DNA from: Sphingomonas sp.
GTDB lineage: Bacteria; Pseudomonadota; Alphaproteobacteria; Sphingomonadales; Sphingomonadaceae
NCBI GenBank assembly: GCA_019247755.1
Contig: JAFBAM010000162.1
Location: forward strand, 1 to 37,690
Direction: 5' to 3'
DNA: 37,690 bases
Under the pieces are notes generated by a model. That model made no database searches, was not told the DNA's origin, and saw nothing but the letters and a program-made list of their open reading frames with translations. Below are positions 8,844 through 19,400 of this stretch, piece by piece (the stretch's first letter is position 1; each line of letters starts with the position of its first letter). Position numbers and translations under genes: made by a program.

Positions 8844-9667
8844 GTGCGCGCTTCCGTGCCTCCAGGATGACCGCCGGGCCGCTGCGGAAGGAGCAGGATG
8901 AGCGCGACGATCGCGACTGCGAGCACGAGCGATGCGATCGGCCGACTGAGCGCCAAGCCGCCCTTGTCGATTGGCTTGTCGAGAAAGTCGCCAACGGTCG
9001 CGCCAAGCGGCCTGGTCAGGATGAATGCCGCCCAGAACAGGATTACGCGGTTCACCTTCGTTGTGAAGTAAAGGATCGCAAGGACGGCCAACGCACTTCC
9101 GAATAGCAAGGCCGCGCCACCATAGCCGAGCCCCCAGCCGCCCTCGCTGAAGTCGTCGGATGCCCAGTCGCCGAGCGCCGTGCCGAGCGTCTGCGAGAAG
9201 GTAATCGTCATCCAGTAGAACGCTTCGGCCTTGGCCGTCGTGATCGTGTTGACGTTCACCGTGCCGACGGAACGGTGCCACGCGAACAACGACAGCAGGA
9301 CGGTGGCGAGCAGCAGCAGCGAGCCGCCCGGATAACCGATACCAAGCGATCGCGTGCAGAAGTCGGCGAGGGTCGTGCCGAACGTGGTCGAAGCAACGAT
9401 GGTCGCCCAATACAGCCATGAGTTGAGGCTTCGCGCCCGGACCTGGAGCCAGACGAGCACGATCAAGGCTACGCCGAACATCGCAGAGCCGACGAGGTAG
9501 CCGTTGAGGCCCCCCGCGCCGGCCTCAGGCGTGGTTTCGCCCAGCCAGCTCATGCTGACCGAATCGCCGCCGGTCTCGCCAAGCGTCGTCGCAAGGATTT
9601 TGATGATCCAGAACCCTAGCGTGATCGCCGGGACCTTGCTGATGATGTCGACCCTGTCTCGCTGCAC
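8840..9667 (-). CDS. COG4705 / DUF347-repeat integral membrane protein
   Basis: SKVP..TLGFWIIKILATTLGETGGD, plus four internal repeats of the form [FY]W...(T/P)[LF]G...[GA]D. GGAGAG RBS. Confidence 0.88.
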   Translation of the reverse strand: MQRDRVDIISKVPAITLGFWIIKILATTLGETGGDSVSMSWLGETTPEAGAGGLNGYLVGSAMFGVALIVLVWLQVRARSLNSWLYWATIVASTTFGTTLADFCTRSLGIGYPGGSLLLLATVLLSLFAWHRSVGTVNVNTITTAKAEAFYWMTITFSQTLGTALGDWASDDFSEGGWGLGYGGAALLFGSALAVLAILYFTTKVNRVILFWAAFILTRPLGATVGDFLDKPIDKGGLALSRPIASLVLAVAIVALILLLPQRPGGHPGGTEART

Positions 9668-9723
9668 GATCTATCTCTCCCGCCGAGCTGAGGTCATCAG
9701 TCTTCCACACATGGCCTGGGGCT

Positions 9724-11721
9724 TCAACGCAGCCGCAGACCGAGCCAAACGGTTCGGGGCGTCGCCCGTTCGATCGAGCCGTCACCGCCGATCCCGGCCA
9801 TCACGAGGGCATTGGTGATGTTCTCCGCGCGGCCAACCACCTGAAGGCGGTCCGTTAGCGGCCACGAGGCGAAAGCGTCGAGTGTCGTCGCGCCTTTGAG
9901 AAGGCGCGTGTTGAGATCGTCCTCATATTGAGCGCCGACGCGGCGAAGGAGGATCGAAGCGCCTTTTCCGCCCTTCTCCCAGCTCGCCGACAATGTGCCT
10001 GCGAAACTGGGTGTCTGGGCGGGTCGCAATCCGTCCAAAAGAGCGGAGGCCCCACTTGCCCGCATGCGCGCACGAGTGAGGCTAGCGCCTGCTCGGAGCG
10101 ACCAGGGCCCTCGCGCCCATTCGGCCGAAGCTTCAATCCCGCGCACCGCCACGGCGTCGACATTTTGCCGTTGCCGGAAGGCGCCGCCGGCGGCGACGAA
10201 GCCGACCTGTGGAAACGAGCCAGGACCATGGCCGAGCGTCACATTGGCGATGGCATCGCGAAGCCGATTGACGAAGGTCGTAGCGGAGAGGCGCCACGCA
10301 CCGCGGCTAAATTCGACCCCTGCCTCCGCACCCGCGAGACGCTCCGGATCTAGATTGGCGTTGGCTGCGGTTGCATCCAACGCAGCCCGAAAGGGCCGGA
10401 ACAGCTCATTGAGGGTCGGCATTCGCCAGCCAAGGTAAGCGGCGCCGCGCAGGCTCACTCCGCCACCAATCGGCGCGAGCACGCCGCCGCGTGCGGTAGG
10501 CAACCACCCCTGTCGTTTCGGATCGCGCTCATCGCGAGTCACAGTGCCCGTCGCGATCGTCTGCTCGAATAGATGGCCGTTGCTTACCTGCCAGCGGTCC
10601 AACCGCGCACCCGCACTCAAAGTCATTCCACTCAACAGCGCCGATGCTTCGGCGAACAAGCCGCTGGTCCAGGTCTCGCCACCGGCAATTCGCCGGCGGG
10701 TCGGCTGGCCAGCCACATAATTGGCCAGCTCACGCGTCTCGCCGGATGTTCGGCGAGCGTCTGCGCCGATCCGCAGTTCGATCCCATCGTGCAACGGCGG
10801 GCGCATTTCGATGCTCCCGCCGATGGCGTGCGACGGAACGCTGTCCTGCAGCAGCACTCGCGTCGCCGTGAGGCGCCCCGGGCTGACGCCAGCGGTGCTG
10901 CTCCTAAGATTGCGCCACTGCCAATAGCCCAGGGCACTCCACTGCCATCGGCCGCGCCCGACCAGCCTTAGCGAAGCATCGGCCCCGTTCGTCCGGTCAC
11001 TACTGAAATCTGTTCCGCGCGTCCGCCAGTCGTGGAACGCTGCAATATTCGCCTGCAGTTCGGTCAAATCGGCCACGGGCGCGACCCAGCGCGCCCTTCC
11101 GCTCCACTCACGATACGGGGCGGGCTCATCCGCCGGGCCGCGCGTCTCTTCGGTGATGGGAATGAAGCCGTCGCTAAGCGACGTTCGGCCACTGATGCTG
11201 AGCACGCCTCCGCCCGCCTGAACGCCGCCCCTCCCCTGCCCTTCGAATGAACCGCGGCTCCCTACATCGATTTCGCCACTCGCTCCGGCATCAGATCGGC
11301 TCGTCATCTCAATCGTACCGGCGAGTGCGCCTGGGCCATACGCAACGCTGCCACCGCCGCGCACGATGCGTATGTCGGACAGACCTGCCGCGTCATAGGC
11401 GGGCCAGTTCACCCAGCCACCGAACGGGTCACTTTGCGGTACGCCGTCGAGCACGAGCAGCGCCCGGCTCGACGCGGTGCCGCCGAGCCCCCTCAAGGTC
11501 ACGCCCTGGCTGGTCGGGTGGCCGCTCCTGGCATCCGAACGTCGGAAGAGCTGGACGCCCGGCACTTCCTTCAAAAGCTGGTCGAGTTCGTGGGTTGGCG
11601 ACTGCGCGATGAGACGGGGGCCAATCCGTTCGACCGCATAGACGCGCTCCGCCTTGGCCTCTGGCAGGGCACTACCGGTGATCACGATGGCCGGCGGTGG
11701 AGGCGGCAGCGCGTCAGCCAC
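9724..11721 (-). CDS. TonB-dependent receptor
   Basis: TonB-box-like IVITG, plug motifs VPGV, LRGLG, LVLDGVP and IRIVRGGGSVAYG..ALAGTI, and C-terminal EN...PRTVWLGLRLR. The start is uncertain (GTG 11721 or up to 11817) and no clear signal peptide is visible. Confidence 0.88.
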   Translation of the reverse strand: MADALPPPPPAIVITGSALPEAKAERVYAVERIGPRLIAQSPTHELDQLLKEVPGVQLFRRSDARSGHPTSQGVTLRGLGGTASSRALLVLDGVPQSDPFGGWVNWPAYDAAGLSDIRIVRGGGSVAYGPGALAGTIEMTSRSDAGASGEIDVGSRGSFEGQGRGGVQAGGGVLSISGRTSLSDGFIPITEETRGPADEPAPYREWSGRARWVAPVADLTELQANIAAFHDWRTRGTDFSSDRTNGADASLRLVGRGRWQWSALGYWQWRNLRSSTAGVSPGRLTATRVLLQDSVPSHAIGGSIEMRPPLHDGIELRIGADARRTSGETRELANYVAGQPTRRRIAGGETWTSGLFAEASALLSGMTLSAGARLDRWQVSNGHLFEQTIATGTVTRDERDPKRQGWLPTARGGVLAPIGGGVSLRGAAYLGWRMPTLNELFRPFRAALDATAANANLDPERLAGAEAGVEFSRGAWRLSATTFVNRLRDAIANVTLGHGPGSFPQVGFVAAGGAFRQRQNVDAVAVRGIEASAEWARGPWSLRAGASLTRARMRASGASALLDGLRPAQTPSFAGTLSASWEKGGKGASILLRRVGAQYEDDLNTRLLKGATTLDAFASWPLTDRLQVVGRAENITNALVMAGIGGDGSIERATPRTVWLGLRLR

Positions 11722-11729
11722 CCTACGCT

Positions 11730-11849
11730 CTATAGGATGTCGTAGAGGGTGACGGCGATGGTCAGGACGCAAGTCGCGGCGACGGAGAGCATTGCCCAGG
11801 GCGCCCACCATGGCCACGAAAGTCGGTCAGTTTCCTCGGGGTCAGCCAC
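11730..11849 (-). CDS. Putative 39-aa single-TM small protein
   Basis: Not in the ORF track. Reads MADPEETDRLSWPWWAPWAMLSVAATCVLTIAVTLYDIL* and ends 8 nt before the likely receptor start. RBS weak. Confidence 0.45.
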   Translation of the reverse strand: MADPEETDRLSWPWWAPWAMLSVAATCVLTIAVTLYDIL

Positions 11850-11908
11850 AGCGGTACAAGGCCGCCGGGGGCCTTTCGGTTCCGTCATCAATGCGGCTGA
11901 ATATAACT

Positions 11909-11916
11909 ATGGTTAA
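11909..11916 (-). promoter_or_regulatory. CtrA half-site-like motif TTAACCAT
   Basis: Exact 8-mer in the AT-rich intergenic region upstream of tpsB. Confidence 0.4.
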
Positions 11917-12003
11917 ATTCATGTTGATGATGATTGGGTAAATTGCTCTAAATCCACTATTCTTCGAAATTCGACTCGACTTCTCGGGAAGGGGGCGCCC
12001 CGG

Positions 12004-13806
12004 GTGAAGCTTGGATTTGGACAAGTTCAGAACTCGGGCCGCACCGCGCGTCGGGCCGCTGCGCGCCTCGTGGCGTGCACCGTCCTTGGCACATTGCCCA
12101 CGGGCCTTGTTGCCCAGCCAGTACCCCCGGCCATCCCGCCAACTCGCGAGGAAGTGACCCGCCCTGTCGCCCCGACACCGCCGCCGCAGAGCCGGTTGGA
12201 AGTCGAAGGCGGCATAGAACGGGCGCCGTGCGCGCTCGATGGCCCGGACTTCAAGTCGATCCATTTCGTGCTGCGTGGCGCCGAGTTCGACGGCTTGCAG
12301 GGTTTGACCCGCGCCGACCTCGCGTCCGCTTATGCACCGCTCGTCGGAAAGGACGTACCGATCTCCACGGTGTGCGAGATCAGGGATCGCGCCGCGACCA
12401 TCCTCCGGGACGCAGGTTACATCGCCGCGGTCCAGGTTCCCGAACAGCGTATCGGCGATGGCGTCGTACACTTCCAGGTTTTGATGGCGCGGCTGACCCA
12501 GGTCCGGGTGCGCGGCCAGGCGTCTGGCGCCGAGAATGTTCTCGCCGCCTATCTCAATCAACTCACCAAGCGTCCGCTCTTCAATCGCTACGAAGCCGAG
12601 CGCTATTTGCTGCTGGCGAGCGACCTGCCTGGCTACACCGTCCGACTGACTCTCCGTCCCGCCGGTACGGCGCCGGGTGACGTGATCGGCGACGTCACCG
12701 TCCAGCATCTCCCGGCTTATGCCGACTTCGTCGTTCAGAATGGCGGATCGAAGGACCTTGGACGTTGGGGCAGCTTGCTGCGGGGACAGCTGTTCGGACT
12801 GACAGGAATGGGCGACCGCACCTCTCTGTCGGTCTACAGCACGTCCGACTTCAAAGAACAGCAAACGGTCCAGCTGGCGCATGAGATGCGCCTTGGGCCG
12901 CAAGGTCTCAGCTTCGGCGGCTCATTCACTTACGCCTGGGCGCGCCCGTCCGTCCCCAACGCCAAGATCCTCGCCAAGACTCTGCTGGGGACGATGGAGG
13001 TCGGCTATCCGCTCGTCCGGAAGCAGGCTGAGACCGTGCGCGGCTCAATTGGCATGGATATCGTCAACCAGGACGTCGATTTTAATCGTTCGCCGCTGAC
13101 TCGTGACCGACTTCGAGTCCTATTCCTGCGGCTGGGGTTGGACGCAGTATCGCCGAACCCGGGCCCAGGGTTCTCCCCTGCTGAGCCGCCGTGGCACGTC
13201 ACCGGCCTGCTTGAGCTGCGACAGGGATTGCACGCGTTAGGAGCAACGCATGATTGTGGTCCGCTCGGCATCAACTGTCTCGGACCCGGCGACATTCCGC
13301 CAACTCGGCTGGAAGGTCAGTCCGACGCGACGGTGTTGCGCTTCACCGGCTATGGTGAAGTCCGGCCGATTCCCAAGCTGACCTTCGCGCTGGGCCTGCG
13401 CGCGCAATATGCGTGGCAGTCGTTGCTCAGCTTCGAGGAATTTTCGGCCGGCAATTACACGGTCGGCCGCGGTTACGATCCGGGTGCATTGCTGGGCGAC
13501 AGGGGCTGGGGAACGCAGACCGAACTTCGCTATGGAAGCCGCATCCCCGCCAGCGCCCGGCGAGCCGCGGTCGAGGGATATGTCTTCTGGGATCACGCGC
13601 GGGTCAGCAACGAACACCAGAGCATCGTTGTAACCATCACCCAGCATTTGAATTCGATCGGCGGCGGCGCCCGGGTGAACTGGGACCGCTTCGTCCTGGA
13701 TGCCGGCGTTGCTGTTCCACTCACCCATGTCGGTACGACCGGACGGAAGCCCGATCCACGTTTCCTCGTCACTCTGACAACCAGGCTTTGGCCATGGAGA
13801 TATTGA
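12004..13806 (+). CDS. ShlB/FhaC/HecB-family two-partner secretion transporter (TpsB)
   Basis: Signal peptide, POTRA-like region (GYIAAVQVPEQRI..GVV) and loop-6 motif VGRGYD. Sits directly upstream of a TpsA-like gene. Confidence 0.9.
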   Translation: MKLGFGQVQNSGRTARRAAARLVACTVLGTLPTGLVAQPVPPAIPPTREEVTRPVAPTPPPQSRLEVEGGIERAPCALDGPDFKSIHFVLRGAEFDGLQGLTRADLASAYAPLVGKDVPISTVCEIRDRAATILRDAGYIAAVQVPEQRIGDGVVHFQVLMARLTQVRVRGQASGAENVLAAYLNQLTKRPLFNRYEAERYLLLASDLPGYTVRLTLRPAGTAPGDVIGDVTVQHLPAYADFVVQNGGSKDLGRWGSLLRGQLFGLTGMGDRTSLSVYSTSDFKEQQTVQLAHEMRLGPQGLSFGGSFTYAWARPSVPNAKILAKTLLGTMEVGYPLVRKQAETVRGSIGMDIVNQDVDFNRSPLTRDRLRVLFLRLGLDAVSPNPGPGFSPAEPPWHVTGLLELRQGLHALGATHDCGPLGINCLGPGDIPPTRLEGQSDATVLRFTGYGEVRPIPKLTFALGLRAQYAWQSLLSFEEFSAGNYTVGRGYDPGALLGDRGWGTQTELRYGSRIPASARRAAVEGYVFWDHARVSNEHQSIVVTITQHLNSIGGGARVNWDRFVLDAGVAVPLTHVGTTGRKPDPRFLVTLTTRLWPWRY

Positions 13807-16427
13807 TGCCGGCCGCCGCGTGTCCCGTGTACCGCGTGAAGCGGGGGAAGCTGCTCATCTCGTGCGCGACACTGGCGATTACTGTCGCGCTGACTCCGCA
13901 ACGTGCCTGGGCCCAAGCCTATCAGGGCGCTCCCACGACAGTATCCGGCACGGTCTCATACACCCGATCCACGCCTGGTGTCGAAACCATCGACATCGGA
14001 TCCAGCACCGCCACGATCAATTGGGCGCCGAGCGATACGCAGGGCACCGGCAATGTGAACTTCCTGCCCGCCGGCAATACGGTGACCTATCAGGGTGCAT
14101 CGGGCCTTGCGGATTTCACTGTACTGAACCGCATCGTGCCGACCAGCACGACACGGACGGTCGAACTCAACGGCACGATCTTGAGCAAGCTCGCCGGTGG
14201 CAGCACGGGCGGCAATATCTGGTTCTACAGCCCGGGCGGAATCCTGATCGGGTCGGGCGCGTCAATCGACGTCGGTGGCCTGCTGCTCAGCAGCCTCGAT
14301 CTTCCCAACGGATTCATCAGCACGACCGGAACCGACTTTTCGGGATCCTTCTCGAAGACCGCGGCCAACGCCGGGACGGTCAAGGTTCTCAGCGGCGCTC
14401 AGATCAATGCGCGCAACTCCTATGTCGCGATGATCGGTCCGCGCGTCGAGCAAGGCGGCAACGTCCAGGTGAAGGGCTCGGCGGCGTACCTGGCAGCAGA
14501 CGAAGTCTCGATGAACTTCAATTCGGGGATTTTCGGCTTTTCGGTGCCGCTGGGCAAAGGAACCTCTGACACAAACGGGATCGTCCATACTGGCACGACG
14601 GGCGGGCCGGCGAATGTCGCCGCGTTGGACAATCACCGAATCTACATGGTTGCGGTTCCAAAGAACCAAGCGCTTACGATGCTGTTGGGCGGCAGTATCG
14701 GCTTCGCGCCGGCGGCCACCGGAGCGACGGTCCAGAACGGCCAGATTTTCCTTACGGCGGGACTCGCAGGTGGAGGTGCGAACGGCAACGGCACCGGGGG
14801 CATCACGTTTGGCACCGCAGGAGCCTCGACGTTTACTTCGAGCATCACTGCCGATCTCGACGGGGCGGTCACAGTCGGTCCCAACAGCGGGCCGGTGAGC
14901 TTCACTAACGACTTCCTGCTGCTTCAGGAAAGCGCCGCCGCGACCCTCAGCAACCTGACCGTTTCGGGCATTCTGGAAGTCGTCGCCAACGGAAGTCTCT
15001 CAGCGAACAACCTGTCGTCCAGCACCGGCGTCTATCTTTATGCGGGCACGAACCTGTCCGTCGGGAGCATCACGGTTACCGGAACCAACGGAATCGCTTT
15101 CCTGGAGGCCAACGGGCTCGCTACTATTACCGGCACGGTCAACGCCGCCAGCATCTTTGCGACTTCAGCAGATATCGACATCCAGACCGGTGGAGCGCTC
15201 GGCGTCCGGGGCACAACCAATTTGGTTGCATTCAATTCGGTCAACGACCTCGGCATGTACATCGGATCGGGGCTGACCATCCCGGCCGGAGCCTACGGCC
15301 TCGACGAAAATGGGAACATCGAAGCTCAGACAGTAACCGTAAATGCCTTGCCGGCCGCTGCAACAAACTCACCGGACATCACGATCGGCGACGTGCAAAT
15401 CGGCGGGAGCCTGAGTTCTGGAGGCGGTGTCAGCCACGTTATCGTCGGGACCGCGAATGGTAGCATCCATGTCCTCGGCGATCTTGGCTGGATCGACGCC
15501 GGCGCGTCGGACTCACTGACTTTGAATGCCGGAAACGCGATTGAGGTGAACACGGACACCGGCACCATCTCCATGTTCAACCCCGGCGGAGGTCTGGCCG
15601 GCACCTTGACGCTGAACGCGCCAAACATCTGGATCACGCAAGGCTCGATCCTCACCCAGTTGGAAGCAAATCCCAATTTCACGGGCCGCGACACACTGCT
15701 CGCCAGCAATAGCGGCACCGCAAACCCCAACGGCTTCGTCGGCGCAGGCGGGATCGTCGTTGACATCGGCAACTCCTTCTTCGTGCAGAACAGCGGGACG
15801 GCCGCGAGCATGGGCGGGGTCACCGTCGGTGACCACAACCTGACGTTGCTCAACAGCAATTCGGGTACCAACCCACCTTCAGTCACGGTTACTGCCTACG
15901 GTCGCCAGATTAAGTCGACCGGCGCCACCGTGACGGGCAGCACATTCGCGGCCGCTGTTGCCACCATCGGCACATTCACCACAGGCTCAACCATCAACGG
16001 CACGCCGATCGGCAGCGCACCGCCGCCTCCGCCGCCGCCACCGCCGCCGCCACCTCCACCCCCACCTCCGCCGCCGCCACCGCCACCGCCACCGCCACCT
16101 CCTCCGCCGCCTCCGCCTCCGGCGCCGCCGGCCGTGCAGAGCTCGCAGACGGTGCTCGGCCCGATCGAGCAGGTCTCAAACCCGACGGCACAGATTGCGA
16201 CGGCGGATCCAAGCCAGCAGCAGCAGGAGCAGCAGCAGGCCGAGAGCCAACAGTCGTCCGGAAAGAAGAAGGACAAGGGTGAGTCCGACGATAGCGACGA
16301 CGGCAGCACCGACGCCGCGCTCGGGCTGATCAATAGCGGACCCGTCCAGGTGAAAACCGACCTTGAACAGCCGGTCACCAGCGGGGGAATGGACACGGGA
16401 AATCAAGGCCCGGGGCCCCAGGACTGA
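13806..16427 (+). CDS. TpsA-like filamentous-hemagglutinin-family exoprotein with polyproline linker
   Basis: ATG overlaps the tpsB stop. Signal peptide ...AWA-QA, TPS-domain motifs INW, VLNRI and FYSPGGILIG, G/T/S/N-rich beta-helix-like body, and Pro/Gln/acidic tail. Confidence 0.85.
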   Translation: MPAAACPVYRVKRGKLLISCATLAITVALTPQRAWAQAYQGAPTTVSGTVSYTRSTPGVETIDIGSSTATINWAPSDTQGTGNVNFLPAGNTVTYQGASGLADFTVLNRIVPTSTTRTVELNGTILSKLAGGSTGGNIWFYSPGGILIGSGASIDVGGLLLSSLDLPNGFISTTGTDFSGSFSKTAANAGTVKVLSGAQINARNSYVAMIGPRVEQGGNVQVKGSAAYLAADEVSMNFNSGIFGFSVPLGKGTSDTNGIVHTGTTGGPANVAALDNHRIYMVAVPKNQALTMLLGGSIGFAPAATGATVQNGQIFLTAGLAGGGANGNGTGGITFGTAGASTFTSSITADLDGAVTVGPNSGPVSFTNDFLLLQESAAATLSNLTVSGILEVVANGSLSANNLSSSTGVYLYAGTNLSVGSITVTGTNGIAFLEANGLATITGTVNAASIFATSADIDIQTGGALGVRGTTNLVAFNSVNDLGMYIGSGLTIPAGAYGLDENGNIEAQTVTVNALPAAATNSPDITIGDVQIGGSLSSGGGVSHVIVGTANGSIHVLGDLGWIDAGASDSLTLNAGNAIEVNTDTGTISMFNPGGGLAGTLTLNAPNIWITQGSILTQLEANPNFTGRDTLLASNSGTANPNGFVGAGGIVVDIGNSFFVQNSGTAASMGGVTVGDHNLTLLNSNSGTNPPSVTVTAYGRQIKSTGATVTGSTFAAAVATIGTFTTGSTINGTPIGSAPPPPPPPPPPPPPPPPPPPPPPPPPPPPPPPPPPAPPAVQSSQTVLGPIEQVSNPTAQIATADPSQQQQEQQQAESQQSSGKKKDKGESDDSDDGSTDAALGLINSGPVQVKTDLEQPVTSGGMDTGNQGPGPQD
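16020..16121 (+). repeat. (CCN)34 tract encoding 34 consecutive prolines
   Basis: Counted codon by codon; mixed CCG/CCA/CCT/CCC. Confidence 0.95.
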
Positions 16428-16439
16428 TCGGAGGATCAG

Positions 16440-19400
16440 ATGCGCAAGTTAGCAATCGCAATCGCGGCAATTACCGGCCTCGCCGGCGCGGCGGCTTCAA
16501 GCTGGGGCGCGACACCGCTCAGCGTGCGCGACACCTGGCGCATCGGAAGCTCAGGCACGAGCTTTTGTTCCGCGCAAAGCCTTACGATCGACCCTGCATT
16601 GGCCCGGATGTTCGACGCCGGCTATTCGATCACTTGCCGCGATGCCGCACTGCCGGTTGGCAAGCTTTACAAGCTGCAGGCGACCAGCGATGCCGCCGAT
16701 CGTATCGCTCGTGAGCGAGGGTCCCGCGCCAATTGCGACGCCCCGCAGCGCGGCAACGTGCAGGGCATCGGCGCAGTCGACCTGATCGAATGCAAGCTCA
16801 AGGACGCCGATGTCGCGTACCGCGCCTATCAGCTGCGACGCGGCAAGCTCTATTTCGCTGCCGAAGGCCTCGCTGGCTACGACAGCGCACTGCAGCTCGG
16901 TTTGAGAAGCCTCGTCGCCGATCAACCCGTGAAGGGCGAGATCTCGATTGCGACGACGGGCCTCGGCGACCCCGCGGCGTTTGCCCGCGTGCAAGCCGGG
17001 ACGCTGGCGCCGGACAAAGCGCTGGAGGAAGCCTATCGCCGCAATAACGCGGGCAGCTATGCCGAGGCCGCGGAGTTCTTTGCCGCGGCCGGCGGAAGCT
17101 CGAACGAGGCCGCGCAAAGCCGCGCCGAAGCCCTCGTCAATGAAGCGCTCCAGAAGTCCAACCTGGGCCGTTTCGCAGAGGCGGACTCGCTCTTTTCGAG
17201 AGCTGCTGAACAGGTCGGAAAGGATCCGGTCGTCGCCCGGCGCCTGCGCAATTATCGCGCAATCCACGAGCTCAACCAGCGCGATCCAAAGGCTGCTCTC
17301 GCAGAACTGGACAAGCCGCTCCCCAAGGGCGTTTCCGAGGACGAGAACGTAGCTGCGGCCAGGCTCGAAATCGACAATGTGATGGCCAAGCGGCTCAATG
17401 CCGACTCCAAGCTCGGTCAGCAATTGGGCGTCCAGTCCGACGAGCTCCTGCCGGCCGAGAAGATCGAAATCCTTGAAGGCCAGGCGCTGCAGCTCCGAGG
17501 GACCTCGCTGCGCCTTACCGGCGATCGTGCGGGCGCTCGCGACGCGTTGCTACGCGCGGATGCCCGATTGCAGGCAGTTCGCGGTGGCAAGGTCGCCTCG
17601 ATTCTCTGGATGCGTGCGCAGATTTTCGGCGACTTAGGTGCGATCGCCGAAGAGGCTGGCGATCGTGCACAGGCCGATAAGCTTTATCGCGATGCCGTGG
17701 CGCTTCTCGACAAGAACTATCCGGGAACCGCGGTCCTGCTGAATGCGAGGGCGCGCCTCGCCGGCTATCTTGCGCGGAGCGGTCAGCTGGCGATCGCAGA
17801 GTCGATGTTCAGCGAGATCGTCCATTCGCAGCCGGACACGAGCAACCTGCCGCCAAGCTTCGCCAATGTGCTTCGTCCATATGTCGACCTGCTTCTACAG
17901 AAGGGCGACGATCCCAAGGCGCTGGCGGAGATCTTCGCGGCCACCCAGCTGATGGTTCGGCCGGGCCTTGCCCAGACGCAGGCGGTGCTCGCCCGTGAAC
18001 TGACCGGCGGCACCGACGAGGCATCGCGGCTTTTCCGCCAGGCAGTGACCCTGACCCGGCAGGCCGAGCGGGCTCGTATCGAGCTTGCGCGGCTTGACGA
18101 CCTCGCCAAGCCTTCCCCGCAGGAACAGGTGCGCGCGCGCGTCCTTCGGGCAACGCTCGACACATCGCAAAAGGAACAGCTGACCACGCAGGCCGCGCTA
18201 TCGAGCTTCCCTCGATTCCGGGCCGTTGCTAGCGACACGATCCCGCTAGCCGACCTGCAAAAGGTGCTGCGGCCGGGAGAAGCCTATTACCGAATGACCA
18301 TCGTCGGCGATCATGTTTACGCGATGATGGTCACCCCTGAAGCGGCGCACGCGGTGAAGCTCAATGTGACCGCGAAGCAGATCGGCGATCAGGTTGATGC
18401 CCTCCGCGACACCATCTCCACGATCGAGAACGGGCAGCGCATGACCTATCCGTTCGACGTCGCATTGTCGCACCAGCTTTACGGGGAGTTGTTCGGCTCG
18501 TTTGCCACGGCGCTTCCATCTGTAAAGCACCTGATCTTCGAGCCGGACGGGCCGATGCTCCGCCTGCCGATCAACCTGCTGGTGATGGACCAGGCCTCGG
18601 TCGACGCTTACAACCAGCGCGCGAAGGCGAGCGACGACGCGGCCTATGATTTCCGCGGCGTTGGCTGGCTCGGACGTGATCGCGACATCAGTACCTCGGT
18701 CAGCCCGCGTTCGTTCGCCCAGCTGCGGAATGTCCCGCCGTCCGCCGGCCCGCGCGAGTATCTTGGGCTCGGTGAGAATACTCCGCCTTCCGCGTCGGCC
18801 GAGGGACAGATCCCATCGGCCGCTGACCGCGATTGCGTATTGCCCCTATCGTCCTGGGCACACCCGATCTCGGCCAAGGAGCTCGAGATTGCGAGCGGGA
18901 TCCTGAGGCGGTTCGATCCGAATGGCGTTCAAGTCGTCACGGGCGACCAGTTTACCGACACGGCGATCAAGGCACGCGACGATCTCGACCAGTACCGGAT
19001 CCTGCATTTCGCGACCCATGGTGTGGTCACGGCGCGTGCGGCGAAATGCGCCGCGCAGCCGGCGCTCTTGACCAGCTTCGGCGGCGCAGGCTCGAACGGC
19101 CTGTTGACGTTCAAGGATATCTTCGACCTGCACCTTGATGCGGACGTGGTCATCCTTTCGGCATGCGATACTGCGGGCAAGGCCAGCGCGGCCGCGACCG
19201 CCCAGGCAGGACTGTCCACAGGCGGCGATGTCGCGCTGGATGGTCTCGTTCGCGCCTTTGTCGGTGCCGGCGGGAGGTTGGTAGTTGCGAGCCATTGGCC
19301 CGTGCCCGACGATTATAATGCAACACAGCGGCTCATTACCGGCCTGTTCTCAGCGCCACCAGGCACGCCGACGGTGACAGCGCTGCGCCTGTCGCAGCGT

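Noticed and set aside
9668-9723. Possible riboswitch upstream of COG4705 (CTGATGAC resembles part of the fluoride riboswitch)
   Set aside because: The remaining conserved elements and pairing were not found. An Rfam/Infernal scan would be needed.
11842-12903. 353-aa minus-strand ORF
   Set aside because: It is antisense to tpsB and has no recognisable motifs.
15896-16396. Poly-glycine ORF on the minus strand
   Set aside because: It is the mirror of the polyproline tract.
13806-16427. TpsA as a CdiA contact-dependent toxin
   Set aside because: It is too short, has no VENN or toxin-like C-terminus, and no small immunity gene follows.
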